Below are positions 24,780-38,692 of a stretch of 64,000 nt of DNA, one piece after another; within the stretch, counting starts at the first letter, position 1; every line of letters starts with the position of its first letter. The notes beneath the pieces are model-generated. The model was given only the letters and a program-made list of their open reading frames with translations, did not search any database and had not been told where the DNA came from. Source of the stretch: Camelus ferus (taxonomy: Eukaryota); NCBI RefSeq assembly GCF_009834535.1, contig NC_045697.1:97590001-97654000 (forward strand), written 5' to 3'. The position numbers and the translations under genes are program-made.

Positions 24780-26515
24780 AAAGCAACCCTTGACTCACAA
24801 ACTTGTACTATAAAAATCAGTGAGCTTCTGAAGCTGGGCAAGAGGTTCCAATGTCCATTTAAGGTATGGCCAAGGAGGATGATAGATCAGGAAGAACCAA
24901 CCAGAGTGACAAGCTAAGGATATGGAAGACCACTGATGTAGAGTTGCTCCAAATTGGAAGAAATGAGGGCCTAATCAAGGATTTATTTCCCTGCCAAGGC
25001 AAGGAAATGTTATCCTGCATAATAAGATTTCAGCAGTGTTATGGTCCCATGACCACTGTATAAATCCTAGAGTTCCTTTTTCTTCAATTGAATGTATTAT
25101 TTTGAGTATTCTGTTCTTAGGATACCATTATACATCGAGGGCAGGGGTACAAATTACTTGTTTATTAGTTTGTAGGTCATTGGGCCAAGAGGAGCCATAG
25201 TTGGAACAAACAGAAATGTGCAGTAGCCAAAGATCCTTGTTTTGATCATGATAAAAGATAGAGATTAATGAGTCTATAGTTTGGTGCCCTTGGAAAAGAG
25301 TATTTTCAATGTGCATCTAAATGGGAAGGAATGTGTGGATATGGGATTGGCCAGAGAGGCAGATGGTAGCATAGATAGTCACCTGACCACCAGGATCTAG
25401 TCTACACTTTTCCTGTAAGTAATAACTTACTGAACTAGAGACTACAATACCTTGCTTTCTCTGTGCTGGCCTTGGACCAGGCTGTCACTAGCAAAGTATA
25501 ATCAAAAGTGATGTGTGTAAGTTCTGTGTGATCTCTGGCTTTCCATTTTTCTTTTTTCTTTTTACTTCCCTACAAACTTGAATTCAAATAAGTTACTGTT
25601 GAACAAGGTTTGACTGAGTGAATGAGAAGTGAGAGGGAGAGTGCCTACTAGCAGTCATGTACAAGAGCTGGTTGTACTGGCTTGCAAGAAATGATTTGAA
25701 ACAATTTTATGAGTTAATTATTAAACAGAAGCATATGTAAAAATAAATCATATAAACTTATACAATTATATTTTAAATTTAATAGATATTCAAAATCATC
25801 GCTTTGTAGTTATTTTACTACATCCACAGTATTACCTATGTGCTTAGGTTTATTGTTTTCGTGTGGCGGAAATACTGTGTAATGGTGTTCTAATGCCCTT
25901 CTCTTCCTCATGCTGCATCCAGTAATGTCACACTGGTAGCCTGAAACCGACCAGGTTAGAACTATTTGTCACAGAACCCAGCAAATGCTAGAAATTAAGG
26001 CTTGATTTATCATTTTGTAATTGTCTGGAGTTAAGATAGTAATGTGAAAAAATGTTAATAATACAGACTGAACTTTAAACTGCCTCGTGATTGGATAGCC
26101 TTTACATTGTGAATAGCAAACCACAGCAAGAACAACAAAAACCCTGAGGAAATAGCCTCCCAGGACTCACAAATGATCTAATTCAGCAAAGAAGTCACTC
26201 ATGGTAGCAAGTATTGAAAGTCTGACCTATATTTTTATTTTATTTTTTGGTCTTTCATAATGTAAAGGAAATATGAACATCATGTTAGAACTACAGTTGG
26301 AAAGCTGGTGGTTAAACTTTTTCTGAGATACCGCTGTCTGTAGGGGACGGTAGAGCAAAAAGTTAGGAGGAAGCAGCTGGGTAGCTGGGAGAGTCCAGGC
26401 AGTCTCCTCGCAGTCCTGATGTGTACGCCTGTAAGAAAGAAGTGAACTTTTAAGCTTTGGACCACAGTATTCTGAGATATCTTTTTTGCAGAATTTTGGC
26501 CTATGCCTGAAAATA
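24780..26515 (+). mobile_element. Old MaLR (MLT1I/J-like) internal fragment plus LTR, with the LTR interrupted by MER63
   Basis: The junction ggccagagaggcagatggtag is at about 25350-25368. The LTR resumes after the insertion (taggggacggtagagcaaaa...ggaagcagctggg) and ends ttttaagc...cacagtattctg...tttgcag. Confidence 0.6.
25652..26336 (+). mobile_element. hAT-Blackjack MER63-like element
   Basis: Start cagtcatgtacaagagctggttgtactggcttgcaaga, internal ggtagcctgaaaccgacca...gcaaatgcta, and end aaagctggtggttaaact...accgctg. Confidence 0.75.
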
Positions 26516-27057
26516 ATTCAAATAGCTAGATCCATATTGAAGAATTATGCATGGATCCAAGGGCTAAGTGTGCAGAGCTGTGCTGCCTACCTCCAGGCTC
26601 ATGTAGGCAGGACCAGACCTAGTGTGTCTCTCCTTTGTCAGATTCTCTGGAAGAATCTCTTCCTCAAATGTCAGTATCTTGGTACTTAAGGATCTCTTGA
26701 GGAACCTCTCCTTTCTCAACTACCCAGTACCTTCGTCTACCTACATCTTAGTAGCTGACAGTGTCCCCCATTATGTTCCACCTACGACTCCTATTTCAGG
26801 TCCAGCACCTATACTCCAGGGTTTCCTTGATCCTCTTCCACAGAAGATGTTGTTGTTAGATATTCCATTCCTTCAAGGTGTGGCTGGTTAGATGTCTAAT
26901 TTTATGTGCATTTAACCTAAATTATTAATTAAAAAGTTACTCGTCCCAGAGAGCACTGTCCATTATTTTAACTTATAGTAAAGAATACCATGGCTAAACC
27001 AAATGGAAAAATATTGTTAGTATAATCAACAATACATTGTTCCACAAATTCTTTCAA

Positions 27058-27352
27058 GTTAAAGACTGAATTGTGTCCCCACCCCCAAATTCACATGTTG
27101 AAGTTCGAAACCCCTGTATACCTCAGTACATGCTTGTATTTGGAGGTTAAATTAGGTTTGTAATTTTAAATAGGTAATGCAGGTTAAATGAAGGTATACA
27201 GGTGGGCCTTAGTCGAATATGACTGGTGTCCTTATAAAAAGAGGGGGAGACACCAGGATGTGTGCACACAGAGTAAGCCATGCGAGGATGCAGCGAGGAG
27301 GCAGCCATCTGCATGCCAAGGAGAGAGGCTCAGGAGAAACCAAAACCACTGA
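27058..27352 (+). mobile_element. MaLR LTR fragment (MLT1A/B-like), 3' truncated
   Basis: gactgaattgtgtccccacccccaaattcacatgttgaag...gactggtgtccttataaaaagagg...gccatctgcatgccaaggagagaggctcaggagaaacc. Confidence 0.85.
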
Positions 27353-29823
27353 AGTAAGCAACCTCACCTATAATGAGCATATTTTCAAAAAATGCAGAGG
27401 TAAAATGTGATCCCGTATTATGTAGAAACTAGAATGTTAGTGTGATGCCAGAGTGCAGACAAAATGAAGGAGATTCTCCTCCCCTTTTATTTAGGAGATA
27501 AATGTACAGTAGAAACATTTATATCTGAATGTTAGAGTGTGATCTCTAATTATATTTGCTTGTCAAATGTATTACTACATCTATGAAATCCCAAAGGAAA
27601 AGTCTTTATAAGAGTTACAGCCACTTATATAGATCTGCCTAGGCAGGAGATTCAGATAAATGTCTCTTCTCCCACTCTGCACCTCTCTGGGGGCACATGA
27701 GACATTAGTTAATGATGCTTCGGGTGATCTTGGGTTATCCTGAAAAACTAGGTAGAAAAAAGATTTGTATATGTTCTACTTCTCTAACTATCTCACTAAG
27801 TGATATTTTGAGTATAGCAGAAAGAATTTCTTGTTTATAGCAATTTTTTCAAGACTGTCTATCCCTTATTTTCTTCAATATTCACATTACTAGCTCAGAT
27901 TCATTCTCAGATCCCATCATAGAGTAAATATGGTGATACATTTCCCTTAAAAATGAAATTGGTATATTACTCTTTTTGGTTTAAGCTAGTTAAAACAATG
28001 ATTTTTGACTCTTTAATCCAGGAAAGTATATGGTAGGCACAGAATCAGAGTCACTGAGTTGAAGGACAAGTTATATCAACTGTAAGTTGAATTAAATTTG
28101 TTTTGGCAACTTGTACAGTGTTTAAATTTGAATAGATCCAACTGAGTTTTTAAAGAACGATTTAAAAACATCCCTAAAGCTATTTTCAAGAAATTTTTGT
28201 GATTGAGAGAAATAAAAATAAGAACAATTAAGTTAGCTGAAGTGATTAGATTCTGACAGTTTGTGCAGAGTAGGAGTTAGAGCTTATCAAAGGCAGGGTA
28301 GATGTAATGTAAAGAAAAGGAATCAAATATGAAGGTATTAAATTATGTAATAATATTTTACATAGTTTTGCATTAATAAGATTAGGCAATGTTCATAAAT
28401 AAATATGGATGTATTTACTTAAAAGATAATATTTAAAATGTGATTTTAATGAGTCTCTTTTAAGGGTACATGACATGGTTGACAGAAATCTGAATCACTA
28501 GCGTTCTGATGTTTTATCATTTTACATTACTAAATATCAGATGCATAAATAATTATCACACATAAATATAGCCTAGTTGTTGAAAATAACTTTTGCACCT
28601 TTCTATCCAGTCTGTATCCTACTGGACTTCAAATCTTGTTCTCCAAAGTTCAGCAGTACTTTTATCCAAATCACCTAATGGTCTATGTTGTTTGCTCAAA
28701 GTTACATTTTTATTTAAATAAATCCGATAGTTTAATTTTCAGTTACTCATCTGATACTGTATTTCATCTAGAAATATACTGCATATACTTTATTGAATAT
28801 AAAATGTTCAAATTACATTTTTCCTAAAGCTTGAACATCATTTTACTATGGATACTGGGAGAATGCGAAAATCAGGACACTTGCCCATTCTTCCCTGCTC
28901 ATTAGGGAATAAACATCACTAGAGGGAACAGGTGTCCTTTCCGTTTCCTCTGCCAGCTTCCTGCCCACTCCTGAGCCCGTGGTTCTATCTGGATTAACTG
29001 GGTGCCAGAGGTTGACAGGCCCTCTGACATTTGGCGGGAGCACTTTCGTATATGGTTCTGAGAAATGACTGTTAAAAGATCAAAGGTGGGGGGCACCTAC
29101 CACAACAGACTCTGGGAAAATGTCCAAAATACATGAAAAATCATGAAGGAGGGAGGCAATGATACTGCCCTCTTCTGACTCAAGGAAGAAGGCAAATCAT
29201 TTCAAATGAGCTCATGAAGGGAGCCATCATCTGGCTACTTGATGCTATGACATGAGGTGAGAAAATAAGATTAACTGCATGCATTACTAATGGAATCAGA
29301 AAAGAAAAAATATTCTGAAATTGTTTAATCCTGCTATGTTGAAATATATATCAAGTTAAAATATGTTCTGAACATATATGTAGGAGCAGTTTAATGAAAC
29401 TTTTTAATTTTTTTCTCTATTTTAATAGAATCATTTATTGAAACTGAATCGAATCTGTAAAGATAAGCAGTATTTAAGTAGGTAGAAAAAAGATTCATAG
29501 AAGGGTCACAGGATCAAAGGTATAGAGGTGGAACCGGGGTGAAAGTTAGAGGGTGGGCAGCAGTGGTAAGACCCCTCTGGCCAGATGAATGCAGAGTTGG
29601 GGGAGTGGTATATAGCACCAAACACCAATAGGAATTTAAGTGTTGGAGGACATTTAAAAGTGAAAATATTGAGAAACAAAGGGCAATGTGTAAAACCTTA
29701 ACCATGGAGTAAAATGATACCAGTGATATTTAGGAAAAGGTAGGCAGACAGCAATATAGTACAGAGAAAGCTGAATAAAGACCAGTTAAGAGTTTGATAC
29801 AAGAATAACACAATAGCATATTA

Positions 29824-30008
29824 CCTTATTTCATTGACTCTTAAACACCCTCTATGGAAATATGCATAATTGTATATTGATTATTCTAGAACCAGGAGAA
29901 AATAAACTCTGGCACATAATCTATGACATGCTATTGATTATAAAACACAGTCTGATTTCTAAGATGTTAAAATGTGAAAAAAGTGCATCATTTAGTAGAT
30001 GAATACAA
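29824..30008. mobile_element. TcMar-Tc2 MITE (MER104-like)
   Basis: Degenerate TIRs ccttatttcattgactctta and tttagtagatgaatacaa are flanked by TA. Internal sequence is gatttctaagatgttaaaatgtgaaaaaagtgcatc. Confidence 0.7.
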
Positions 30009-30019
30009 TAAGATCTACT

Positions 30020-30230
30020 ACTTAAGGAGTGCTTTTGCTTTTTATGTATCAGAAAGTGTGCTAAATGTTTTATTTACATCAATTCACTCTCAAACAGCCT
30101 CTATGAACCCTTAACATCATCGGGTATTTTTATAGTCCTGTTTGCAAATTCAGAAAACCAAAGTTTAGAGAAGTTAAGCAACCTTCCCTTGGAGGAGGCA
30201 GAGAGGGAATCAGAATGTGCACTCAAATCA
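30020..30230 (-). mobile_element. MIR SINE relic
   Basis: gtgtgctaaatgttttatt...tttgcaaattcagaaaaccaaagtttagagaagttaagcaaccttccc. Confidence 0.65.
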
Positions 30231-31731
30231 TACCCAGCATTTTAAAAAACAGGTAGGAAATGATGAATGCACAATCGTGGACTGGCAAAAGCATTGCGTA
30301 TGCTCACATAATTTATATCATAGGTAAGAGAGAACTCTATGAAGGACTGAATCTAATGGATAAAGTAAAAACACGAATTCATGCTGTTTGCAAAAGTTGA
30401 GATACAGGGAAGTACAACTAAAGCTGTTTTCCTGGCAGTAGTGGGCATATTCCGAAGAGTAACTGGTTTCAGGGAAAATAATATTTGTTTAGGAAAGGTT
30501 GAGTTTCTAATCATGTCAGGGAAACAAATTTGTATTGCCATTTAGTTTTGCATGTATGGGACTGAAGCAAAGGCGAGAAGCCGGGGAGTGGACTGTGAAA
30601 TGGTGCTTGAAGCTCTAAGAGGACACATCATGTGAGTCTTTAGGGAGAGGAGCAGGAGACACAGAACCAAATTAGAGTATAAACCAACATTTATGAATCA
30701 AGAGGGAAAGTGCCGGCTCTGGAGAAGGAGAAACCAGCAGAAAAGAGCAGAAGAACAAGAATCATAAGGAGGCTTAAAGATCAAGAGTCTAAAGAGTTCA
30801 AGAGATTGAACAAAATACGAACTGAGAAAGGTTATTGAATTTGGGTAGGCAGGTGGTGATATTAAGAGAATAATTTCCATCATAGGGTATTTTCTGCAGC
30901 CAGACACAAGGGATTAAAACGTAAATGAGTAGAAGCTGTGGCCCAGGTGTAGCTCACACATTTCAGGAATTGGCAATAAAAGGAAGAAGGCAAATAGAAT
31001 GTTAACATGGAACTCTGTGAAAAGGAGAAATTTAAAATGTCAGCAAAGTAGGCATGGGTAACTAGAACGAATCAAATGCAGAACATATCTGGAAATAGGC
31101 TGTAGAGAGGTGTTCGGAGGTTTGCTGGAGTTCTTCCATTCGCTGTCTAATGTTTTATTAACTGTTCTGAACAGCACTGCCCAAACTGGAGTTCCAAGGA
31201 CAATTAAAACCACAATTTCTGGCCTCAAGTTGTTGAAAACCTAGAAAGGAAAACTGAGATGTCAAAATGCAACTAAACTACAGCGAGTCAAGTGTAGCAG
31301 GCACATGAAGCACAGAGGAAAGGGCCCACCTCAGACTAGGGGGCTGCAAGGTTGCCATGGATGTGAGGTCCAGACTGAATTTTAAAACCTAAGTGTGTAG
31401 AGGGCAGGGGGGCAATGAGAAAAAGCCAACATTTAGAGGTGAGCTTAGCTTTTTTAGAAGGTGCATGTGGAGTGTGGTGTGGGTCTCGAATGAGAGGAGA
31501 ATGATGATGCGAGATGCAGCTGAAGAGGTTAGCAAGGGTCATGCCAAGATGGTTCATGTTTAGCTGACATTTAGCTACAGGCTGTTTAATAATCAGGCTG
31601 CACACACGCAGAAGACACTTATGGAAAATCTAAGCTGAGTATGAATGTACTCTTCATATGATTTAGAAAATCTCAGTAGATTTTCTGTAAAAGTCTATGT
31701 TTAATATTTTTATAAAATGAATGGCATATTA

Positions 31732-32784
31732 ACTATAAGTTTCCTGTGACTGCTGTAACAAATTATTATAAATGTAGTGGTTTAAAACAACACAGACTTA
31801 TATAGTCTTACAGTTCCGGAAGTCAGAGCATGAAATTGGCCTCCCTGGGCTACAGTCAGGGCTACCCTGCTTTCTAGAGATGCTAGAGGAGAATCCATTT
31901 TTTTGGCCTTCTCCAGCTTTTAGAGACCACCAACATTCTTTTATTTATGGCCCGTTCCTGAATCTACAGAATGAGCAATGTGAGGGTGTTACCCCAAAAG
32001 GGGAGAGCCTCAGTTCTTGTCTTGCTCAAAAGAGAAGGCTTCAGATGGGAGACAAAAGCATCGTGTAGTTGAAGATTTTAAAGATTTTATTAGTAAAGCA
32101 AAAGTACACCTCCAAGAGCGGGGGCAAGTTGATCGAAGAGAGGATGGCAGTCCCGGTCTTTCTTTGTCCCTGGTCTTTTACCCTTACTTGGAGGCAGCCT
32201 CTTGATTGACAGCTCTCATCCCTGGAATGCTTAGTCATGCCCGTCCCCCTCTGTGCATTTCCTTACTCATGATGCACACAGAAGAACCCACGGGGGAGTG
32301 GGGCTAAACAGCAGTGTTAATTATAATGCAGTCAGCATTGGGTCATGTCTGGTTAGGTCCTTGTCGACACTGCAGTTGTGGCCATCCAATCCCAACCAGT
32401 TTCTTGCTGCCACTCGTTTAGAGGAAGTAAAGCCCCTTATGTTGAAGGCGGGCTTATCACCATTTTCCAGACCGTCTCCCTCTCCTCTACCTCATCTGCA
32501 TGGTGCTCCCACTTATCTAACTGCCTAACAAGGGGATTCCTTCTTGTGCTACTATGTCGCTGGTTCTCTCTCTTCCACCTCCCTCTACTGCTTATAAAAA
32601 ATCTTGTGATTGTGTTGAGCCCATCTGAGTAACCCAGAATAATCTTCTTATCTCAAGGTCAGCTGATTAACACACTCAATTCCATCTGCAACTTTAATTG
32701 CTCTTTGCATTTAACCTAAACTATTCATAGTTCCTGGTGATTAAACTTGGATATCTTTGGGAGGCCATTACTCTGCCTACCACA
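31732..32784 (-). mobile_element. MaLR LTR (MLT1C/D-like) interrupted by an ERV1 solo LTR
   Basis: Starts agtttcctgtgactgctgtaacaaatta...tttaaaacaacacag and ends ggaggccattactctgcctaccaca. Confidence 0.85.
31987..32530 (-). mobile_element. ERV1-class solo LTR (544 bp)
   Basis: TGTTA...TAACA termini, exact TSD AGGG (31983-31986 and 32531-32534), and AATAAA on the minus strand at about 32086-32091. Confidence 0.9.
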
Positions 32785-34237
32785 AATAGGTGTAGAGTCT
32801 GACAAAAAAGGTCCTTAAAAGGGACAATGTGTGATGGAGAAGACCAGTAATGATGTGTGCAAAAAATTTTACTAAGTGTTATATTTTAAAATATCAGAAG
32901 ACATACTATGCTCTTAAAGAGCCAAAGGTAACAAAACATACCAAAGTGAAACAAACTATAAACTAATACAGCAAGTAAAGATAGTGTAGTAAAATTTAAA
33001 TAAGTAAGTATGGAGAACAATTCACTTAATTCATTATTTTTAAAATTAATACAAGTAAGAAATTCTATCCAAAAATGAGTTTCTAAAGAAGGTAAGTTTG
33101 TGTTCTTAAGGAAATAATAGATATGGAATAATAAAGAATAAGGAAAAACATTTCAGGTGGAGGGGTTTTTTTGTTTTGTGTAACCTATTATTGAAGAAAA
33201 ATGTCACTATGGGGACATTTGATACATATGATGGTATTGATCATTGTATTTTAGAAGATCCACATTTGAAGGCAAAATATCTAAATTCAAATTGGGGTGT
33301 TGTCAATTGCCCCATTACTTCAGAAAAATCATTCTGTCCCTTAGAAAAATAATGCATGTTAACTTTCTCTGTTAATGTTATGATCACAGCATGAATGTGC
33401 CTTGTAAACTTTGGAGTGCTGTGCATGTTGGTTGTGCAGTTTAAGTTACAGTAACTATGATGGGCCTTAATTATTAGACTGAAGAATTAAGATTCTAATT
33501 TATGAAGAACATAAACATACTTTTGATTTTCAGGCTGGGAGTGATGTATAGAGTATTACAGACATTTGCTATAAAACTAAGGGGATTAAATCAAGAAGTA
33601 CAACTTGAAGGCCACATAGAAGTTGATTTAAAAAGAAATGACAGTCTTGACCTGGATGAGGAATCAAGAATTTCACAGATTTGCAACAAATGCATTATAA
33701 TGAAAGGCACTGGAATTGGTAATTGATTTGGCAAGGAATAGGAAGGAGAGCAAGAACATAAAATATAAGATTGTGCATAGGAACAAGAAAATGCATTTAT
33801 TTGAAGGATGGATGAAAAAATAGTAAAAATATTCTATTACAAACTTGGCTAGAATGAGATTATTGTTGAAAATGCAGATTTGGGCATCTTGACATATATA
33901 ATGTGTTGTTTTTTTGGAGAACAATTGAGGAAAAAAGATGAATGGGTGGATGGGATGATGGAGACACATAAGAAATGGATAATAGCTTTCTTCTATCATT
34001 GTCACTCAACTTGTAGTTACTGCCTGGAATGCTGTGAGTAAAAGGGTTCTGTTCAGGCTTAGCAGTATTAAAATTTGTTATCCAATGTCTGCCACTGAAA
34101 TGGTAGCATGTGCCTAAATATAGTGTATAGCATCTTTGATACAGATAAGGTTCAGAGATTCGTTATATATGTGTCTATGTTTTTATATAGCAATTATTAT
34201 AAGCACTTCTTATGTGCTTCCTTGTCTATCTAAATTT

Positions 34238-34352
34238 TGATTACAAGCTCCTTAAGATCAAGTCTGTGTCTTTTTCTCATATGACCACTGCTTTGCATAG
34301 CATGTCTGTCATATAGCAGGAGCTCAGCAAATGTATAAATCAATCAATTAAT
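34238..34352 (+). mobile_element. L2 3' end
   Basis: gattacaagctccttaagatcaagtctgtgtc...catatagcaggagctcagcaaatgtat...aatcaatc. Confidence 0.7.
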
Positions 34353-36544
34353 TACAATGATTTTCCAAATTTGTCTTATACATTTTTTGCAAGTAACTAT
34401 CTCCTCCATAAATTGGCAGAGGCCATCTTTAATCAGTTTGGCATCACCAGTCATTTATTGCACAATGCTTCACAGTCCTTGGCTCTCACTGTTTTCTCAA
34501 TTGAATTGAGGACATAGAACATTTAAAAAAAAAAAAAAAAGTCACATAATATACAACCACATACTTTGTAAATTACCCCCAAACTACAAAATGGGCTTGA
34601 TATTCCTTTGACATATTCAAAAGCTGAGTCTTGGAAAACCATACACTATCGTTAAAATGAGAGAAAAAAAAATCTAGACATCTACTCCACCTAGGGAATG
34701 TCCTGCCATCTTGGTTGTTATGGGTGATGGGACGGAGGAAGAAAAGAAGCAAAGAAGGAGCAAAGGAAAAAACAAATCAAACTCTTTTGGAACTCACTTT
34801 TTCCCCCTCCTACTTTATATCCAAGCTAAAAAGATTTTACTATTCCCATAGTATAACAAATAAAATTCCTTTTATTAAACTATATTTTTACAATTGTCTG
34901 TCATAAATTGTTACTGACACTGAATTCACAGTATATATTTTGTATCTCCTCTGAGGCTTTGTTTAAGTCATATTGCTATATGGCCTGAAAATTGGGCAGC
35001 TGTTTGATTGGATAACCTGACAGACAAATCTTTGCTTTGCTTTTAAAAAGTCAGACTAGCCGAAGACCATCAGTGAGAGAACTTTGCAAGAAATTCTTTT
35101 AGTAACCATATGATGCAACATTTTCTTTCTATTTATCAGTGAGAGGCACCTAATGAAAAAGACAGAATACCTGCTGGAGCCAACAGGACTCTTTCCCAAG
35201 GGAAATAAAAGAGAACGAAATGATTACTTGAATAAATTTTGAGAAACGCTAGTCTTTTCATTTCCTTCCGTAGGAAATAAACAGAAAATAGCATTTCTAA
35301 GATGCAGTTCTGAATAATGAACTCCAGCGGCCATGCCAAATCCCCAGCAAATTGCACAGCTGGCAGGGAAATGCAAAGTAGGGGGCAATGACAGCCTGGG
35401 GAGAAAATCACCACCTTTAGCACCTACAGTTACAGTTACTGAAATAGCACCTTGCCTGGACTCGGAATAGATAACGGCTATGTCACTGCTCCACAAACCT
35501 CATTATGAAATAAACTGCATACATTTTACTTCACCCAGGTCAGTCTGACAAACGACATCACAGTTCATTCTCAAGTCACAAAGTCTTGATATCTTACCAG
35601 CCTAGTTCCTAGGTGTAGGAGGACTCAGAAAGATTAAAAACACTTGTTGCCAGTTCAGTGCCCTCCTTTAACAATAAGCTGCTTCTCTCTGGTCTATCTG
35701 CCTTTCAGTGATTGTACAGCTCCAGTTCTATTATTGAAGAACACCTTGAAGAAAATGATACTACTCTACAGTTTATAGCTTCCTTGGCTCCCTTCAGTTT
35801 TTTAAGATAAAAACCAAAGGACATAGAGAACATAGTTGAGAGCATCTTGCTTGGATGCCAGTTAACATTGATAGATCTCTAAGATCAATATTCTCCTGGC
35901 CACTCGTGATCTGAGATGATTTCAAAGGGATTTTTTTTTTCTAAGTTCATTCTAATTGTCTTAGTATCTTCAGAAACCTTTAGCCTAGGCACTAATGATG
36001 GCAATTAAGACCTGCAATAGATGGAACTTTCGAGGTTCATTTATCTATGGTTTCTATTGCTTTATTTAGAATTGATTTAGTTTATAATGTAGAAGCACGT
36101 ACATTACTGGCATTATGTTGTCAAAAGATTAACTTTCAGAATTTTCATATTTCTCCCAGTCCATTTTTGCATATAAACACGTGGTTATCTTACTGTATTT
36201 CTTTAGGTTTCTCAGTTCAAGATGAAATGGATGAAATTGATTTACATGTGTAAGGCAAGGCAACCTAATATAAATAATTTAATTTAAGCCAATAACTGTT
36301 TCTTCCTGAAAGTATATTGTTAACAAAGTTTATAAAATTATCTATGTAACCCCTTTTTAATCTAAAAATTATAATCTGATACCCTTTATGCAGTGTTTGC
36401 ATTAGGCAACTCCCTTGGGAGTAGGCACTACTTAGTATAACAGAAACAGTATATATGCCTTGGTACCACAAAAACTTAGCCTCCACTGCCCAGTCTTTAG
36501 GACCACTAATTAAAGTGCACAGAGCATTTTAAAATTTTTAGACG

Positions 36545-36710
36545 TTTAGTACTGAAAATGTGACCTGTGGAACAGCAGCAGAAGCTCTGGGAGGAAACTT
36601 AGAAATGCAGAATCCTTGGCCCCACCCCAGACCTATTGCATCATTATTTGCATTTTAACAAAATTTCCTAGATGAATTTTATTTAGTAGATTAGAGTTTG
36701 AGAGGCACTG
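36545..36710. mobile_element. MER5B-like hAT MITE
   Basis: ttagaaatgcagaatccttggccccaccccagacctattg...tttgagaggcactg followed by ctttagac. Confidence 0.8.
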
Positions 36711-37016
36711 CTTTAGACATTTTATATTGCATCATGTTTCCCCAGAGGATGGCAGCCATACTCCTGCCCCTCTTTCCTTTAAACGATGGATGTTTTTGGA
36801 AAGAGAAGATATTGGCTTCCAAGGAGAGAGGTTCACTGATGGCATGTCACACTGCATAGAATCAATAGCTTATGAACCCAGATCACCATCCAGTGGCTAC
36901 TGTTTAGTATCCTCATTTAATCGCTTTTAGTGGTAGTAATTTTTCCAAAAGCACCACTCTTACTTCCTTTTTTTCCCTCTTTAGACCTTCTTTTTGTCAT
37001 TATCCCAGCTGAGCGC

Positions 37017-37215
37017 TTTTTTCTTTAATTGTAGTATAGTCGGTTTACAATGTTGTGTCAGTTTCTTGTATCCAGCATAATATTTTAGTCATATATATAC
37101 ATACATATATTCCTCTTCATATTTTTCATTATGGGTTACTACAAGATATTGAATATAGTTCCCTGTGCCATACGGAAGACTATTTTTTAAATCTATTTTA
37201 ATAGATAGTAGTTAG
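37017..37215 (-). mobile_element. Short lineage-specific L1 3' end
   Basis: ttaattgtagtatagtcggtttacaatgttgtgtcagtttc...caagatattgaatatagttccctgtgc is the same 3'UTR as at 9130, 47900, 49500 and 60510. Confidence 0.9.
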
Positions 37216-38229
37216 TAACAATAAGTACCATAGCTCTGGAACAACCTGTACATCAGCTAGTGACATTTTGTCTTTTTCTTCTGCTTGTGCCCACCATTCT
37301 TGCTGGTAGAAAAAAAGCATCATTCTAGACCCTGGGTGAGTTGCAGGAATTGTTATATCTAATCCTTTCACATGGTTCTTGTAGGCATCGACATTTTCTT
37401 CAAGCACTTGTGCTTATCAGGATTCAGCTGAGGGTTCCACGAGAGACCCTCTCCATACCTGAGTCTTTGTGTATCTTTCTCTCTCCTGTACTCTGTCTTG
37501 TGAACTCTAGCTGCCTTGGTCTTCCTGGACCTCACTCCATCCCCTCACTCCAGAGAGACTTCCAGGCTCCTTCTGGATTCCCCTTCCTGCCCTGTTGCTG
37601 GGAACTCTCTTGCAGCAGTAAACTGAAGCAATTGAGAGACCCTCTTGACTCCCTCTGCCATCCTCAGTTGCTTCTCTTTCAAGGATAATTGGTTTTTGCT
37701 GCTTGATATCCACTATCTTAAAAATCACTGCTAGTTGATTTGGTTTTGTTTCTGCTATCTGAAGTGGGAGGTATATCCAGTCCGTGTTATTTCATCTTGG
37801 CCTGAAGTAGAAGTCTCATTTTCATCTTGATTTGAAGGTAGCAATCAGTATTAAAATTATATTTGCATAGGGAAATCATTTACATTGGTTCTTTAAAACT
37901 TTAGCTTTTCTTTTAAGGAAAATTGAGAGCCATTGTAGTTTGGAGCATAAGAATGATAAGAAAACATGCATATTTTAAAAGGAGGAAATTAAGGAATTAG
38001 ATCCATTTTTCTCTGCAGCCTGTACATAGAAAGTGCCCAATAGATGTTTTTGATTCTGTAATCTAGTTAATTACTTGCCTTAGCATCTGACTACAGACTT
38101 CTATCCATTTATTTAATATAAACTTTTAAAGGATCCATTTGAGTTACTATTTACTTGCCTATTATACTACGTCAGACTTCATGCTAGGTAAGTGATTCTT
38201 GCTATTCCAACTAGTTCTTACAAAAAGTT

Positions 38230-38385
38230 GGTAAGTATATTACACTCATTTTTGCAGAAGAGATAAATGAGACTTAGGAAGTTTAAGCATCTTCCCTGAG
38301 TTCACACTTTTGGTAATAAAAGTCAAAGTCAAGTTTGTTTGGCTCCAGAATCTGTGCCCTGAGACATCATGCATACTGCCTGCAT
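38230..38385 (-). mobile_element. MIR SINE relic
   Basis: ctcatttttgcagaagagataaatgagacttaggaagtttaag...ccctgagttcacac...ggctccagaatctgtgc. Confidence 0.7.
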
Positions 38386-38692
38386 TCAGGGTACTGTGTA
38401 ATAAGGACCTTCAGAAAATGCAACTTTCCTTTCACCAACTTGTTCTAACTGAGATCTGATTTTCCCCTGAAATCACGGTTTGCCCTGAAACCTACCAGTG
38501 GGCCCTGAGGTGGGACAGATCTCTTCCTTGCTCCTTATTGCTGCTTCCAGACTATTGTGGTTCCTTTTCCATAAACCCCCCAGGTTCAAAGCTCACTTGC
38601 TCTTATGGGTGATATCACCTGCTACCTGTCTTTACTGCTATCTCGGTAGGGCTTGGATTACTCCTCCTTACTCCTAGATTTCAGCAACGAAC

